A stretch of 64,000 nucleotides of DNA from positions 1 to 64,000 of the forward strand of contig JAAILG010001222.1 of assembly GCA_012026655.1 (NCBI GenBank). The letters run 5' to 3'. This document shows positions 36,256-48,945 of the stretch, one piece after another. Under the pieces are notes generated by a model, which saw nothing but the letters and a program-made list of their open reading frames with translations, ran no database searches and was not told the DNA's origin. Origin of the DNA: Hydrolagus affinis (taxonomy: Eukaryota). A program made the translations under genes and the position numbers. The stretch's first letter is position 1. Every line of letters begins with the position of its first letter.

Positions 36256-37179
36256 ATTATCTTCAAGCGTGAGGGAGCAATGTTCTAGCCTGTGGGTTCT
36301 TTACTCATATTCTATTTAATCGCATTCCTTTGCTTGCCGGTTGATCTGGTAACAGTTGATTTGAATCCTGCTTGACCATATAATCCTGATGCAAGTCAAT
36401 CAGTTGTACTTTACTGCAGTCCCTCTTTATATGTTTGCATTTGCAATAATTCCTGTTAACCTCATATTTGTAAAACCAAAAGAAACCTTCAACTACACAG
36501 CTGCTTTTTAAAAAAAAATCAGAAAAAAAACTGTGAAATACGGGTCACAGACAAAATGTTAGAGTGATTGAATCAGTAGCTGAACAGTTGGATACTTAAG
36601 TAGAAAATGCTTTGATTATCTGACTTTAAAACCCACTGCTCATGAGAGCTCTGAATTCCGCTGATGGGAAACAAAATTAAATAAACTGGAAAAAAAAATG
36701 TTTGCTAGCATTCTTGGCAATGATGCTCGGCCGTTATGAATCATGGCACAGTTCAACATATTCTGCAATGCCTCCACTTATGCACCTACCTTTGATAAGT
36801 GTGTATGAATTATGAAAATTGGTTGCATGCTGTAAGAGAGAGCACGGCGCTGCACCATAGCAGCCTCTCATTTAATTTCAGCTCGGGCTTACGTTCGTGC
36901 AAAGAAAAATTGTGCTTTGATGATTGCCCATTACTGGTAGAAAATCCTCTCTTGATTTGTCTGGATTAGAGCCTACGAGGCTTCAGGAGATGTTAGTGTT
37001 ATATAAAAGTATACTGTGCAGCAGTTTTACGTTCCTATATTTAGGCCCACAGCAATCATAATCCTGGCATTGGATGTAGCACCTGTAGCACACACATGTC
37101 TCAAAGTGCTTCACAGGTCATTGCTGTGAAGTGTGGTGATGTGCATTTGTGGAACTCATTGCTAGAAGCTGTTTTTTTT

Positions 37180-37360
37180 AAAGCATAAAGCATCAGCCTG
37201 CTTAAGAGGATATTTGATGCACGCATAAGGGAGAAGGGAGTAGAAGGGTTTTCCAGAAGGGATAAGGAGGGGTGGAGGCTCTCGTGGAGTACAAACACTG
37301 GGACTGACTAGTTGGCTTGAATGGCCTGATGGCATGCTATAGCAATCTACTAACTTCTAC
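37180..37360 (+). mobile_element. CR1 LINE 3' end
   Basis: ttaagaggatatttgatgcacgcataagggagaagggagtagaaggg..gtggagtacaaacactgggactgactagttggcttgaatggcctg. Confidence 0.7.
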
Positions 37361-39425
37361 AAAGTCAAATAATCGCAATGTGTGGGGTCATTATTACTCC
37401 AGAAAGCTATTGGTTGTGCACAATGTGCCGTATTACCGCACTGTTTATTAGGGAAGCATCAAGGTACCATTGTACAGATGGTAGCGAGTGTTTTCTCACA
37501 ATCAGTTAATTCATTCTGTGCCCGATGCACCTGCAGAGATTGGACTGGAGACTACAAGAGCGGGGAACAGAGCAACCCAAGTCAAAATTGGGTACGGTGC
37601 CGATAACTATCTCGAATAACAATTCATCACCAGGTGGCAAAATCTTCCAGCAGTATCTTAGTACCTGAAGTGACTTCTTGTTTTGTTTCTTTATATCAAA
37701 AACAAAGAGGCCTCTTCTTTCAAGTGAACTTGGTTTCTTTATGGTAAATAGCATGTTGTTGTAATCTCAGGATCATGGATTTAAAGGACAGTTTCATATA
37801 ACACAGACTCATGGCTTAATGCAATAGCGGGAGATTAATTAAGGAGATTACAGTAACTCTATGGCCTGTGAGCCTTTTTCCAGAGCAGGTGGTCTTTTAA
37901 CAGTTCAATAAAAATATGCAAATTGAATAGCTTTTGTTTATGTAAATGAAAGACCTGCATTGACAGGCAGGTATGGTGAAGTCATTGAAATATTTGCCTC
38001 TTGGGTTAAAGGTTTGAATCCTGGCTGTAACCTGCTGGTCTGTTCAAAGTTCACACTGTAGAGCCGTCATATGGCTATTTCATTACCAAGTGCCTTTATT
38101 GTTGCAGATTTTTAAAAAAGAAAAGACAGACTAATTTTCCCCATCAGTATCTAAATCCCAAACTATTGGCTTGCTCAAAACCAAACATAACAGGTACATA
38201 AAGCACATCTCTTCCAATGAACGCCATCTAAGACATACTCACCCACACAAGCTCAACTCTTAAGGCAGTTGCGGGTCGGAGCTGAAATCTTGCAGGCTGG
38301 TCAATGAGTGCTTTCTAACTCCCATCGTTTGCAGTCTGGCCAAGCTAAAATATCTTTCTTTTATTTACCATCAAAACACACTTCATATTGCAACACAGTG
38401 TTTGATTAGCTACATCAGACATTAAAAGTGACAGAAAATATGTAACGGACATTGTTAACTCAATGTAAAATAATGATGAATTTGTTTCTAATGAAAATTG
38501 AAAAACTCATATTGAAAGGGTTGAATTGTAATTGCCAGACTCTAACTTATGAGATTTTCTGTATTGCAGTCTGCGTGCTAAATGGCCCACAGTTTGTCTT
38601 CTCTACCTCTTATGCCAAAATGCATCGAAACAGTATTTAAATCATTTCTGTGGAAACAGAGCGTGTGAGCTATGTTCTGCCATTAAAACAGTGGCATAGT
38701 GTAATACTGATGCATATAAGACAGTTTCCCACAGTTAACAGTATCATTTGGAATATATTTTACACAGTGCAGTAACATGCTGTTTGATGAGAACGTGTGG
38801 ACTGCTTTTTCCTCTTGGATCATCTCCCTACACACGTCAGCTTTTTCCTGTCCCTATTGCAAATTCAAAATCAAAGGTATCTTGTCCTTTAATTTCCTTC
38901 CAAATGCATTCAACACAGAACACCCACCAGTGCTCCTTTAGCCTGCCATTCCTTCCATATGTGTCCTATTTCACCAGTATCTTTCATTAAATGTTTCTCA
39001 GTCCTATTCTTTTTTGTTCCCGAACGCTAATCATCGGAGCATGATTGGGGCTTCATGACCAGAAAATAATAATGTTTTGTTGTGGTAATATTACTAATAA
39101 TTTTTTTAATCCTTGCATTTTATATTGTGATTCTCATGACGGGAGGACCCCTCATGGCGCTTCTCAGTGTAGTGACTGTGGGATGTTTTAGGAGCTTGTG
39201 GAAGATTCGCGTTGGTTTTGGCCTTTACTCTGGTCTTTATTGAGATGGATGATTCCAATGGTTCAATGGTTGACATCCTTGGTGTGTATAGGAAGGTGTT
39301 CTTCCAGAGATTTTTTTAATTGATTTTGATCACTGTGTCTTAAAATATGTGTGCCTAAATATTACAATAATACAGTTATGCATACACCTGCTGTTTTGAT
39401 ATAATGCATTTGATGTAGTGCCTTT

Positions 39426-39733
39426 GTGGAATCCTATAGCTCAGTGGTTAAAGGACTCGCCTTACAAGTCAGAGACCTGGGTTCAATTCCAGGCAGGGCA
39501 AAACCTTGGGCAAGTTTCCTTAGTCCACACACCTAACAATAATCCCTCGAAAAAATAATAATAATTTGGTCACTTCAATCCATGTGGGACACTGCTGTGT
39601 GTAATTGGCTGCTGAGTTTCGCACATAAATGTACAGTCAATTCACTTTACAATATATTCTGTGAAGCCCTTTGAGACATCTAGAAGATGAGAAAAAAAGT
39701 GCTATATTAAATGCAAGGATTATTATTATTATT
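39426..39733 (+). mobile_element. Young tRNA-derived Deu-type SINE, full length
   Basis: gtggaatcctaTAGCTCAGTGGttaaaggactcgccttacaag..ctgGGTTCAATTCCaggcagggcaaaaccttgggcaag..aaatgcaagg(att)n. Confidence 0.95.
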
Positions 39734-42323
39734 TGATGTCACCAAGCGCCTCACAGGATATAATGTCAGGATATACTGTCATACACTGTGTGTACTTTCT
39801 GAGCAAAATAATGCTGTGTGGCAAAGTCATAACGATTAAAAAGAGTCTGTCTCATCCTTTGAGAACATTGGCCACTTTGACTGACCCAATAAATGTTCCT
39901 GCACCCCATTCATCCATTAGCTTTACTGATAAAGAGGTTGTCAGCGAGCGAGATTTCTACCCATCGTTTTGCTGCCTACCTGGTCCGCTTACACTTCTGC
40001 ACATCTGACATGGAAACCAGTAGCAGTGACCTTTTGCTATCAAACAGTTAGGAGCCGAGCACATTATCCTTTATGATCCTTAAATTCTTCACACTTCATT
40101 AAGCATACAGCATTAACCTTTACGATAGTGTTATGTACGTTGTCACATCACCAGCATTCTTTGAAAAAAAGAAGCAGATCAAACATGTCCTTTAACATTT
40201 CAATGCTGTTTCAGATGTGCACTCCTCTCCCACAATGACTTGTGACAAATGGAGGTCCATATGTTTTGGTTAATGGTGCTGGTAATAAACATATTGGCTC
40301 CGACAAATGCCGGCAGCAGCCAATAATGTTGCTGTTTTCTTTTTTAATCGCTTTACCTCAGATTTCTTTTTGAAAACACAAGCAACAGCTGTCCGATTTC
40401 CTGTGTGGTGCCGGATCTTAGCGAGTTACAGAAATCTGCACTCAAACACTTGGAACACATGAATACCAAATGGAGTTTTGAAAACAGCAAATTAATACCT
40501 TTTTAAACTGGTGACATTTTCAAACAGCATATGGGCCCGAGCTCAGGGGACAGTGTATTTTTTTTTGATGAATGTGTCCTATTGAAGACAAAGGCATAGT
40601 GGTGGGCAGATGTCACTGTCTGCTTTTTCTTATGAAATGATAATGTAAGCCCTTTTGCGAGGATGTTGTTTTCAGGATCCTAAGCTACAGCTCTCGGGCA
40701 CTGATAAGGATGTTCTTTCAAAATCGTTATTTTCAGTTAACAAGCAAACACAAGCCCCCAAATTCTCATCAGGAGGACGAAATGAAAGAAAGTCCACAAA
40801 CATAGCAAAAAAGCAAGATTTAATGGCGCTTTCACACTTAGTTGATTGCTATATATCTGGGGTGAATGGTTACAGTGTTTGTGCAATTAATCACATTGTA
40901 CTTCTACATTACCAAGGTAATAGGAAAGTGATAAACTAAATACATCCATTTTCAAGGTCATTTACCATCTACTATTGGCTACCATTAGCATGTTCCTGCT
41001 ATTTCTGCAGGAAAACTTCACTTGCATTCCTTTTTCCTTGTGTACAATTTTCCAATGAATGTGCCCCAGTCATTTAGTCCTATTTGTGTGCATCCTTTTG
41101 ACACAATCAGAGTGAAATTGTCCCATTAAATGTATGGCAGTTGGTATGAGAATGTACACTGGAAGAAAATTGATTTACAATTTGGATATTTATTTAATTA
41201 CATGTCATGTAGCTAAGTAAAATATCAATTTAACACCTTTCCTCTAAGAAATAATTCTTGCATTTTGGTTTAGTACCCATTGCATTGGGAGTGTGTGCTT
41301 CACAGAGTTTTACTCCAACGTGTAGTGGCTGCGTATTTGTAGGTGAACGTGGCAGCCAGTTTGCACACAGCAATATCTTGCAATGGGTTAAAATGGGCTC
41401 CTCAGAACATTAGACTTGGTGACATTTAAGTATCACGTGTGAACTTTCAGCTATGGTATTAGTGCAAATTAGGTTCTGTATCTTTTTTACCTAAACACCC
41501 TGTCTGTATTTCTTACTCATATCTCTAGCTCTTAATTATTCCCAGGGACAAATTGCAGTTTCTTTGCCTCTCCCATCTGGGAATTCAGCTTTCAGAACCC
41601 TTCATTTTGATGTTAAAAGCCTCATATTTTGCCTGACAAATTACGGAAGGAATTAAACAGAACCTACGGGCCTATCTGCAAAACATTTTAACCTGTTTTT
41701 CTTATTAAAAATAACTATGTAGCCAAGTGGGAAACGAGGCTTCATTCACAAACTGCCGAGCTCGGCTTCAAGTGACTGTCAGAAACCCGGAGATGGTTGT
41801 TAATACACTGCCTGTCCTTGTGTTAACTGTGAAATAAAAGTCCTTTCTGGGAATCTGTAACAATAAAATAACTTGCGGTAATTTGTAGGTCAGGGAATGG
41901 AAGGGACAGAAGGATTCAGTCTGTCTTAAACTGACACATATTGTCTTTGTGGTTCTTGCTATTGAGTTCCTGTTTGGTGCTGGAAAATCTGTAACCCGTT
42001 TGATGGAAATGCTGCATAATTGCTGTTATTGACGGCTTTATTTCTCAGCAGCGTTTTACGCTACGTCTTTCGGTGAACCTTTCTTCAAGGTGGAGATGGA
42101 ATAATGCTGGTGCTTTTACTGTACCTTAGGATACTATGTGACGTGTGAAAAGCACCATGCAAATGGTGAAATTTGTATTTCTACTGTTTATTTTTTTTAA
42201 AAAAAGGACAGAGACCTTCTGTTGGTGAAACCCATCAAACACTTTTCAAACCTGCACATTTTATTAAAATTTACTTGGTCTTGCAGATCAAAGGAGACAC
42301 CTCAACAACCTCTGGATGAAGTG

Positions 42324-42478
42324 CAACAACAGAATTGCACTTATATAGTGCCTATCACGTCGGGGGGACGTCCCAAAGCGCTGAAAAGTCTGGTCAGGAC
42401 CCGAGCGGGGGGGTGGTGGGGGTGGGTCAAAATAGAGGGAAGGGGAAGGAGAGTGGGAGAGGGGAGAGTGGGAGAGTA
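42324..42478 (-). mobile_element. L2 LINE 3' end
   Basis: caacaacagaattgcacttatatagtgcctatcacgtcggggggacgtcccaaagcgctgaaaagtc followed by a G/purine-rich 3' UTR. Confidence 0.8.
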
Positions 42479-42597
42479 GTCCTCTGCCTGCCAATGGTGG
42501 CACCCCCGCTTAGTTTTCTTAGTAAAGTGAGGCCCCTGTTTCACATTGGGAACCTACGAGAGACATAGAATAAATATGAGGGGCATGTGGAGAGAAT

Positions 42598-42780
42598 AAT
42601 TTACAATATATTCTGTGAAATACTTTGAGGCTTCTCAACAATGATAAGGCCCTATATAATAAAAAATAATAATAATCCTGGCATTTGATGTAGCGCCTTA
42701 TCATGTCTTCGAGACATCTCGAAGCGCTTCACAGAAAATTCAGTAGCGATTGTATATTTGTGGGCGCAACGTGCACAGAA
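42598..42780. mobile_element. Two SINE 3' tails joined tail-to-tail (inverted)
   Basis: Plus-strand tail tttacaatatattctgtgaa..tgataaggccctatat abuts minus-strand tail aataataatcctggcatttgatgtagcgccttatcatg..gcgcttcacagaa. Confidence 0.8.
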
Positions 42781-43479
42781 TATGATGAAAATATCATATG
42801 CAAGTATTATTTTAATGAGAGGCTGAGGTGTTATCATACAGCTTGGTTGCCAACTCCACGATATTAATCTGCCAGGCACACCCAAGGCTTTTCTACAAGC
42901 CCCACGCATATCAATCTTTGGCCATGTGAGTTATGAGGCCGTTCACTGTGGCAAAGTCGGAGAGGAGGGAGCCCTTGCTCATCAAGGTGGATACAGTTAA
43001 CGAAGATCGGAAAATCCCCTCGATCTGTTTCACCAGGGTAACCTCAATCACGTTGCATTATCATCAGTTCAGCTCAAAACAATGGTTAGAAGTCAGTCAA
43101 AGTTCAGCAACGTTCACCACTCAAATCAGATTACTGTGATTGTTTGCCAGCTTTATCTCAGTCTCCTGGTCAAAGCACTCAGTGCTTTTTGACATTACTT
43201 GTGCTGCCATGATATTTTTTTACCAATATAAATGATGGTAAAGAATTTCCACAGATTCACAATTTCTCTATGAACGGTTCAGCAATGATATCATGTGTGT
43301 AATATATCTGCTGTTAATGGAAAGCTTGTAAAAATAGTGAATTGTTTCTACTTTGGAACATATTTCGATGCATATAATAAATACAGCAGACAACACTATC
43401 AAAATAGCAGCAATTAAATTCTTTTCTTCTCTTTTTATTATAACTATTTACCTTTCATTTCAATTTGGTTCCCAGACAC

Positions 43480-43650
43480 TACTTTTGCCCACTGTTTATG
43501 GAGCTTTGTCGTGTACAAATTGACTGCTGTGTTCACCTACATGTATACAGTCCCTACTCTTTGCAGTCAATCCCATGGAGAGCATTGAGACGTTCTGTTC
43601 TGAGATGTCCTAGGTTGCTATACCAAATACCAAAATTATTATTATTTTTA
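43480..43650 (+). mobile_element. DeuSINE 3' fragment
   Basis: ctgtttatggagctttgtcgtgtacaaattgactgctgtgttcacctaca..agcattgagacgtt..gctataccaaatac..attattatt. Confidence 0.7.
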
Positions 43651-44169
43651 TTCATTCATGTACTTCAGCGGAATTGCATTTTCCTGCCAGCTCATAAACT
43701 TTCCAATTCACTTATTCAAGAATTGGTCACCTGGAACACGAGTGTACTTTTACTTGTCAAAAATCAACATTTAGGTATATTTAAGAACGATTATTAAATT
43801 TGATTTAAGCCACTATTACATGTAGCTTTGTATGCCCAAGCAAGAAGTACTCATTATAAATCATAACAGCAGTGTATAATGTGTAAGCACAATGACAGAA
43901 TTATTATTTTACTAAATGCTCTGGTTGGGGGGGACAAATATATAACATTTTTGAATAACTGCAATTGATTTGTTGAAAATCAAATAATAAATTATGTATT
44001 GATTTCCGACATATACTTCATATTTATATGTGACATATTAATTTTGTTTTATTGTGTTTTAATTATCTTTGGAACCAGTGCTGACTCCAAACACGCTTCC
44101 TAATGATGGTTTCGGAGGTGGCTGTTCTGATCTGGGTACAGAAACAAAATTGTTTCCATGTTCACAGAG

Positions 44170-44525
44170 TCTAAGCCATGTGCTCCAGTGCAGGGCTGGG
44201 GTTCTTTTCCATTATCGAAGCTACTGACCTTCGGGTGAGATATTTAAACCATTTGCCTGGTCCCATTTGCCTGTTCAGATCCCAGGGCACTAATCAGAAG
44301 GAGAAGGGAATTTTTCTTGGTGTCCTGAACAACAGTCTCTGAAATAAAACTGGTCATTCATGGCTGTTTGTGGGACATTGGTGTGAACATATGGTCAGCT
44401 ATATTTACATGCAAGTACACAGTTACTGTACTTTACAATATATTCTGTAATGTGCTTTGAGACATCCTTGCAACATGAAATACCAACACCAAATGCAAGG
44501 ATTATTATTATTTATACTTATTATT
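44170..44525 (+). mobile_element. Older long DeuSINE (SacSINE1-like), head missing
   Basis: ctccagtgcag..cttcgggtgagatatttaaacc..agatcccagggcacta..ggtgtcctg..ctggtcattcatggctgtttgtgggacattg..caaatgcaaggattattatta. Confidence 0.8.
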
Positions 44526-45584
44526 GTTGCTCATGAGTTGCACATTTAAATGCAATTTCTGCTAGATTTTTTGATGCAGCAAATAGAAACATCCAACCAA
44601 TTTATTCATAATAATAATAATAATATATGGCATCCTTCAAGCAGGGTAGCATCTCAGAGTCCCTAAGAATAATTATCCTTTAATTTGCATAAGAATAATT
44701 ATCCTTTCATAACAAATTTCACAACAGGAAGATTTCTTAAAGCACTTCTCAAAATATATACTGTAAAGTTAGATGATTTTGCAATTCGTAGACAAATATC
44801 GAACAACTAGAGAATCCTGAGGCTTCCACCATTTCTCACTGTTAAGAGCAGCTCAGCAATAAAGCCAAAATAGACCAGTCTATCGACTGCCCTTAAAAGT
44901 GAGTTACCATCATATTATTAGAAGATAAACAATCATGAAAGACTTTAGTTACTTTTGTAGAGAGTAAATTGATTGAAGTACTTCACACATATTCTATTAA
45001 ATGTCACATGGGAAGGGGGTGGAAGAACAAGTACAAGTGGCATTCATCTGCTTGAATTACTACAATAATTTACTGTTAATTAAATATTCAAATAATTTTT
45101 GCAGCTCTAGTGGCCAGTAAAAAAGTTAGCACACAGTCAGTGCACCGTGCATAAAATGGTGCTGGGTGTTTCACAGTGTTGCTAATGTTTTAGAAAAAAA
45201 ATCAGAAAAGCTAATTGCGTATGGAACCAGGGTTAAGAAGTAATGTAACAGTCTATTAACTTTAATATAGATATCTGAGTTAAGCATATGCAGAAGACCA
45301 TTAGCATAAATTTCTGTTACAGAAGATCAGTTCTGTGTCAGGCATATAAAAAAAACTGTGCAGCTCTTGGTAATGTATGTCGTAGTGATACCTTTCAGTT
45401 CTTCCAAATCGTCAAACCATGTATTTAAATGATGCATTGGTGAGAAGAGGATGATTTCAAAAACACGTAATAAACACTGTGGACGAATAAGAAATAAAGG
45501 GGGTGCAGAATGCATTATTTTATGAGTTAATTACCATCGGTGATATCAGCACATGAGTTCTTGTCCTACTGAATGGTATGGTAA

Positions 45585-45823
45585 CTGGAATACTCTCCCT
45601 CAATACCCCCTGCCTGGCTGCTCTCTCCCCTTTTTCAAGTCCCGCCTGAAAACCTTCCTCTTCCACCGTGTTTACGGTCAGCTGCTACTCTTCACACCTC
45701 CCCATCCCCACCCCTCCCCACCACCACCGCCACGGTTTGGAGCCAGGCTGCACCACTGATAAGTGGTCTGAAACGTTACCCAGCTTGGAGGGCGCAATAT
45801 AAGTGCAAGTTGTTGTAGTTGTT
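45585..45823 (+). mobile_element. L2 LINE 3' end
   Basis: ORF track gives WNTLP..SLPFFKSRLKTFLFHRVYG (L2 ORF2 terminus); C-rich UTR; ggagggcgcaatataagtgcaa(gtt)n. Confidence 0.88.
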
Positions 45824-46009
45824 GGGTGAGTTTCCCCCCCCACCCCACGCACCATGCTGCCCTGACCTTGTGGAAATTGTGAGAACTGAATTCCCTTTGT
45901 GACGTTGTCATTAAACCCACTGTCTGAGCATCGTGGCACTTCAATGCTGCTTCTGCAAATTTAATACCAAGGGGTATCGTTTTTTACCTGGAGGACAAAT
46001 AACAACTGG

Positions 46010-46160
46010 GACAGTTTGCCAAGAAGGGTGCAGAGGTCAGGATTCTGGAATCATTTTTATAAGACAAAGCTTGATGCTGTGATGGGAAGATGGTAGACTG
46101 GCTATTCTGGAAGGATGAGATTAAATAGGGCTTTCTTCATCAAAAGCAACCTTGTGACTG
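46010..46160 (+). mobile_element. CR1 3' end fragment
   Basis: tgggacagtttgccaagaagggtgcagagg..tttataagacaaagcttgatgctg..aaatagggctttcttcatc. Confidence 0.5.
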
Positions 46161-47902
46161 ACTTACGTAACCCAATCTTTAAAGCTGAGGCATAGCTGGC
46201 AAGACCCAAGGCTTGGTGTTGAAGGTACCGCTGGAATTCAACAGGCTAAAACTTGTCATTGAGAACACTATGTGGCAAGCTTCCTTGTTCTTGAGCAGCT
46301 AGGAGCAACAGTGCTGTGGTAGTTGCAGGGTTCAGAACATTTGTGGTGTAGCTGGTGAAACCTGAACCAAAATACTGACATTTATGTCACTTGTCCCCAA
46401 CATGAACCGTTAGGGAAAGGCAATGTCTCCGTCATCTGTTTGTTGGCTTGATTTGCATTGAGGTCAGCCTTGCAAATTTGAGAAGAATCTCTAATGCAAC
46501 AGAGTACCATTTCCAGCTGCACCATCAAAATAAGAGATCAAATGATGGCTACACAGTTGGTTCTGTGTAACTGGAAATGTAACTCGCTTGAAAGTGATGC
46601 GCTTTTCCAGAAAAAACACTATTAATTGAAAGAGGGCTGACACATAACAGTGCCTCTTTGATCAGTTTACTGATTAGGGAAATACAGAGAATTAAGAAAT
46701 ATTTATATCTCCTACAATTTAACAAAAATTGCGTCAATAAGTCCAGCTCTGGATATTTACAAGTGCGTGAAAAACATGAAACAGCTGAATAATAGCAGCA
46801 GTGTGACTCGCACCCCCTGTTCTAATGTGTACCAGTCCTAAACAGGCTCCTATTCAAACTGTTCATGTAAGCTTTAGTGACACTGACCTTCTCCGAGTGC
46901 AAGTGAAAGTTTTCCACTTCCATTTGCTCGTATAAAATATGCATGCCACACTTAACATTTATGATCTGACAATTTATATGCCGCATCACTGAATGTTACA
47001 AGAGTTATTATGTATTGAATTAAAATGTTTCTTTGGTGGTGGGGTGGGGAGGCGCGGGGGCGCGGAGGGGATTGTTAATAAATTGCCTTTTAAGTCAAAG
47101 GAGGCACATCGCAAAATCCCGACCCTATTAGGTTTGTTTTAAACATTGAGTAAAATAGTCATAGTTGTTTTAACCGATTTGGTGGTTTAAGTTTGAATTG
47201 CTGGGCATTGGATCAGTTGCTGGCTCCAACAATCTGTGCGTTGCTACTGAGTCTGGGTTAGAAATATGTATTGGATCCTCCCCTGCTTGGGTCCTAGGAT
47301 GTGCAGATTCAATTCATGAGGACCTGGGCCTTAATGGGTTAAATCAGATTGGTAATGTATGTTTCATGACCCAACATGCTTCATCAAACTCATTCATTAG
47401 AGTCGAGCAAGCAAATGAGTGCTTGTGAACTGTGTTTATGTGCTACTGGGATTGTGTGCATAAACCTAATGTGGCTCAAGTATTTAAATTTTGATTTTTG
47501 TAATGAGTTTTGACATGTTTCATTTCCTAGGAGGAATCGCATAAGACCTCCGAAACTAAATGTTGCTAAGAAGTCATCAAGACAGAATATTAAAATGCCA
47601 TCAAATAAATATTTCACTAATGCAATCAGGCTTTCACTTCAGGTATTCTAGCAAAAGAGAAGGTTAGAGGTTACCGGTTCTTAGTGAAACACTATTTGTT
47701 CCTCTTCAGTGACTATCACTGTCAATAAATTATTTACAGTTTCCTTTGGTTGCACATGGCCCTTCGAAAGTTCAGCAGTTTCACAAGCAGTGCAAATTTA
47801 TGCAACGACAATGAATTGTACGTACTTTAGGAATATGCACTTGCTGTTAAAGATGGGTTTTGAATTCAGAGGGAAAAAAAATTATCCAGGATATCCTAAT
47901 AA

Positions 47903-48230
47903 AAAATAATCCTTGCATTCAATATAGCACCTTTCACATTAGGAGAACATCTCAAAGCATGGTTGTGGGCGTAAGCGTCTTACAGTATGTAATGTGGCTG
48001 CCAATTAACACACAACAATGTCCTACAAATGGCCACGGAGTGACTAACCAATTTTAGTTGTAGAATTTTTGGCCAAGATATCAGGAGGAACTCCCTTCTT
48101 CTTTTGAATAGAGCCATTGGATCCTTACCATCCAGCAGAACTGGCAGTAAAAAATGTCGTTTGATGTCTCATTCGAAGGACACATCTCCGACAATGCCCC
48201 ACATCCCCATCACTGCATTCGAGCATTAGC
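47903..48230 (-). mobile_element. Older long DeuSINE (SacSINE1-like)
   Basis: aataatccttgcattcaatatagcacctttcac..ggccaagatatcaggaggaactccc..ttttgaatagagccattggatcctt..gtttgatgtctcattcgaaggacacatctccgacaatgc. Confidence 0.8.
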
Positions 48231-48419
48231 AATGACTAGGCAAGCTTTATGTTGCGATACATTTTTCATGCTTGTGTTACATTCCTTGGATTTCACATCC
48301 AAGATCTACTCAATATTAAAGTCAATCATATAACATGTTTTGTCACAAAGGAGACGACAATTCATTATTAAGAGCGTGCAAAAGTAAACATTGTTTTATT
48401 CATTACAGATTGTGTTTCC

Positions 48420-48945
48420 TCTCCCAATTATTAGGTCTGTAAATGCACTGCCTGGTCTGGTACTGAGCCCTGTGGATCAGCAAGCTCTCAGTTTTGATCC
48501 TTGTCTCAGCCAAGTTGGAATGAACATAGAAGAATGTTAATTCCCTTCGGTACACCTGGGCAAGGAAAGAGGAAAACACAAGAGACATCCCAGCTTCTGA
48601 TCACTGTTCAGCGGCCCCCTCTTTTCTCAGCTTCAGGTCCCAGCTGAAGACCTTTCTCTTCGACCGCGCCTTCGGTCACCTTTCTACCCCTGCCCCTGGC
48701 TCTGTCCCGGGATCCGCTATTGTGAAGCGCTCTGAGATGCCGTCTGGCGTGGAGGGCGCTATATAAATCAAAGTTGTTGTTGTTGTTGTTCAGCAATTTA
48801 TTCTGGAAAGTGCACCAGTGGGGATATCAGGCAAGGACTGTGATCCTCTCCATGGTTGAATAGCCTACTGACATTCACTCTCTAATGAACACGAGAGCCT
48901 TGAGTCTATGTGAGAAGCGGAAAAAAATTGGAGGAACCGTATTTA
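48420..48945 (+). mobile_element. AmnSINE2-like SINE split by a nested L2 insertion
   Basis: Left half gtaaatgcactgcctggtctggtactgagcc..cttctgatcactgttcagc; right half ..ctggaaagtgc..ctgtgatcctctccatggttgaatagcctactgacattcact continues the same element. Confidence 0.75.
48613..48786 (+). mobile_element. Young 5'-truncated L2 insertion with 8-bp TSD
   Basis: Encodes SFRSQLKTFLFDRAFG, has a CpG-rich 3' stem-loop and gcgctatataaatcaaa(gtt)n; flanked by TGTTCAGC at 48605-48612 and 48787-48794. Confidence 0.92.

Noticed and set aside
28626-37640. CTCF-like motifs at 28626-28640 and 37626-37640
   Set aside because: Partial matches to a degenerate motif are expected by chance in 64 kb; not supportable without ChIP or conservation data.
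40388-40416. Split REST/NRSE half-sites gctgtcc...ggtgccgg
   Set aside because: Non-canonical spacing and a mismatched second half-site.
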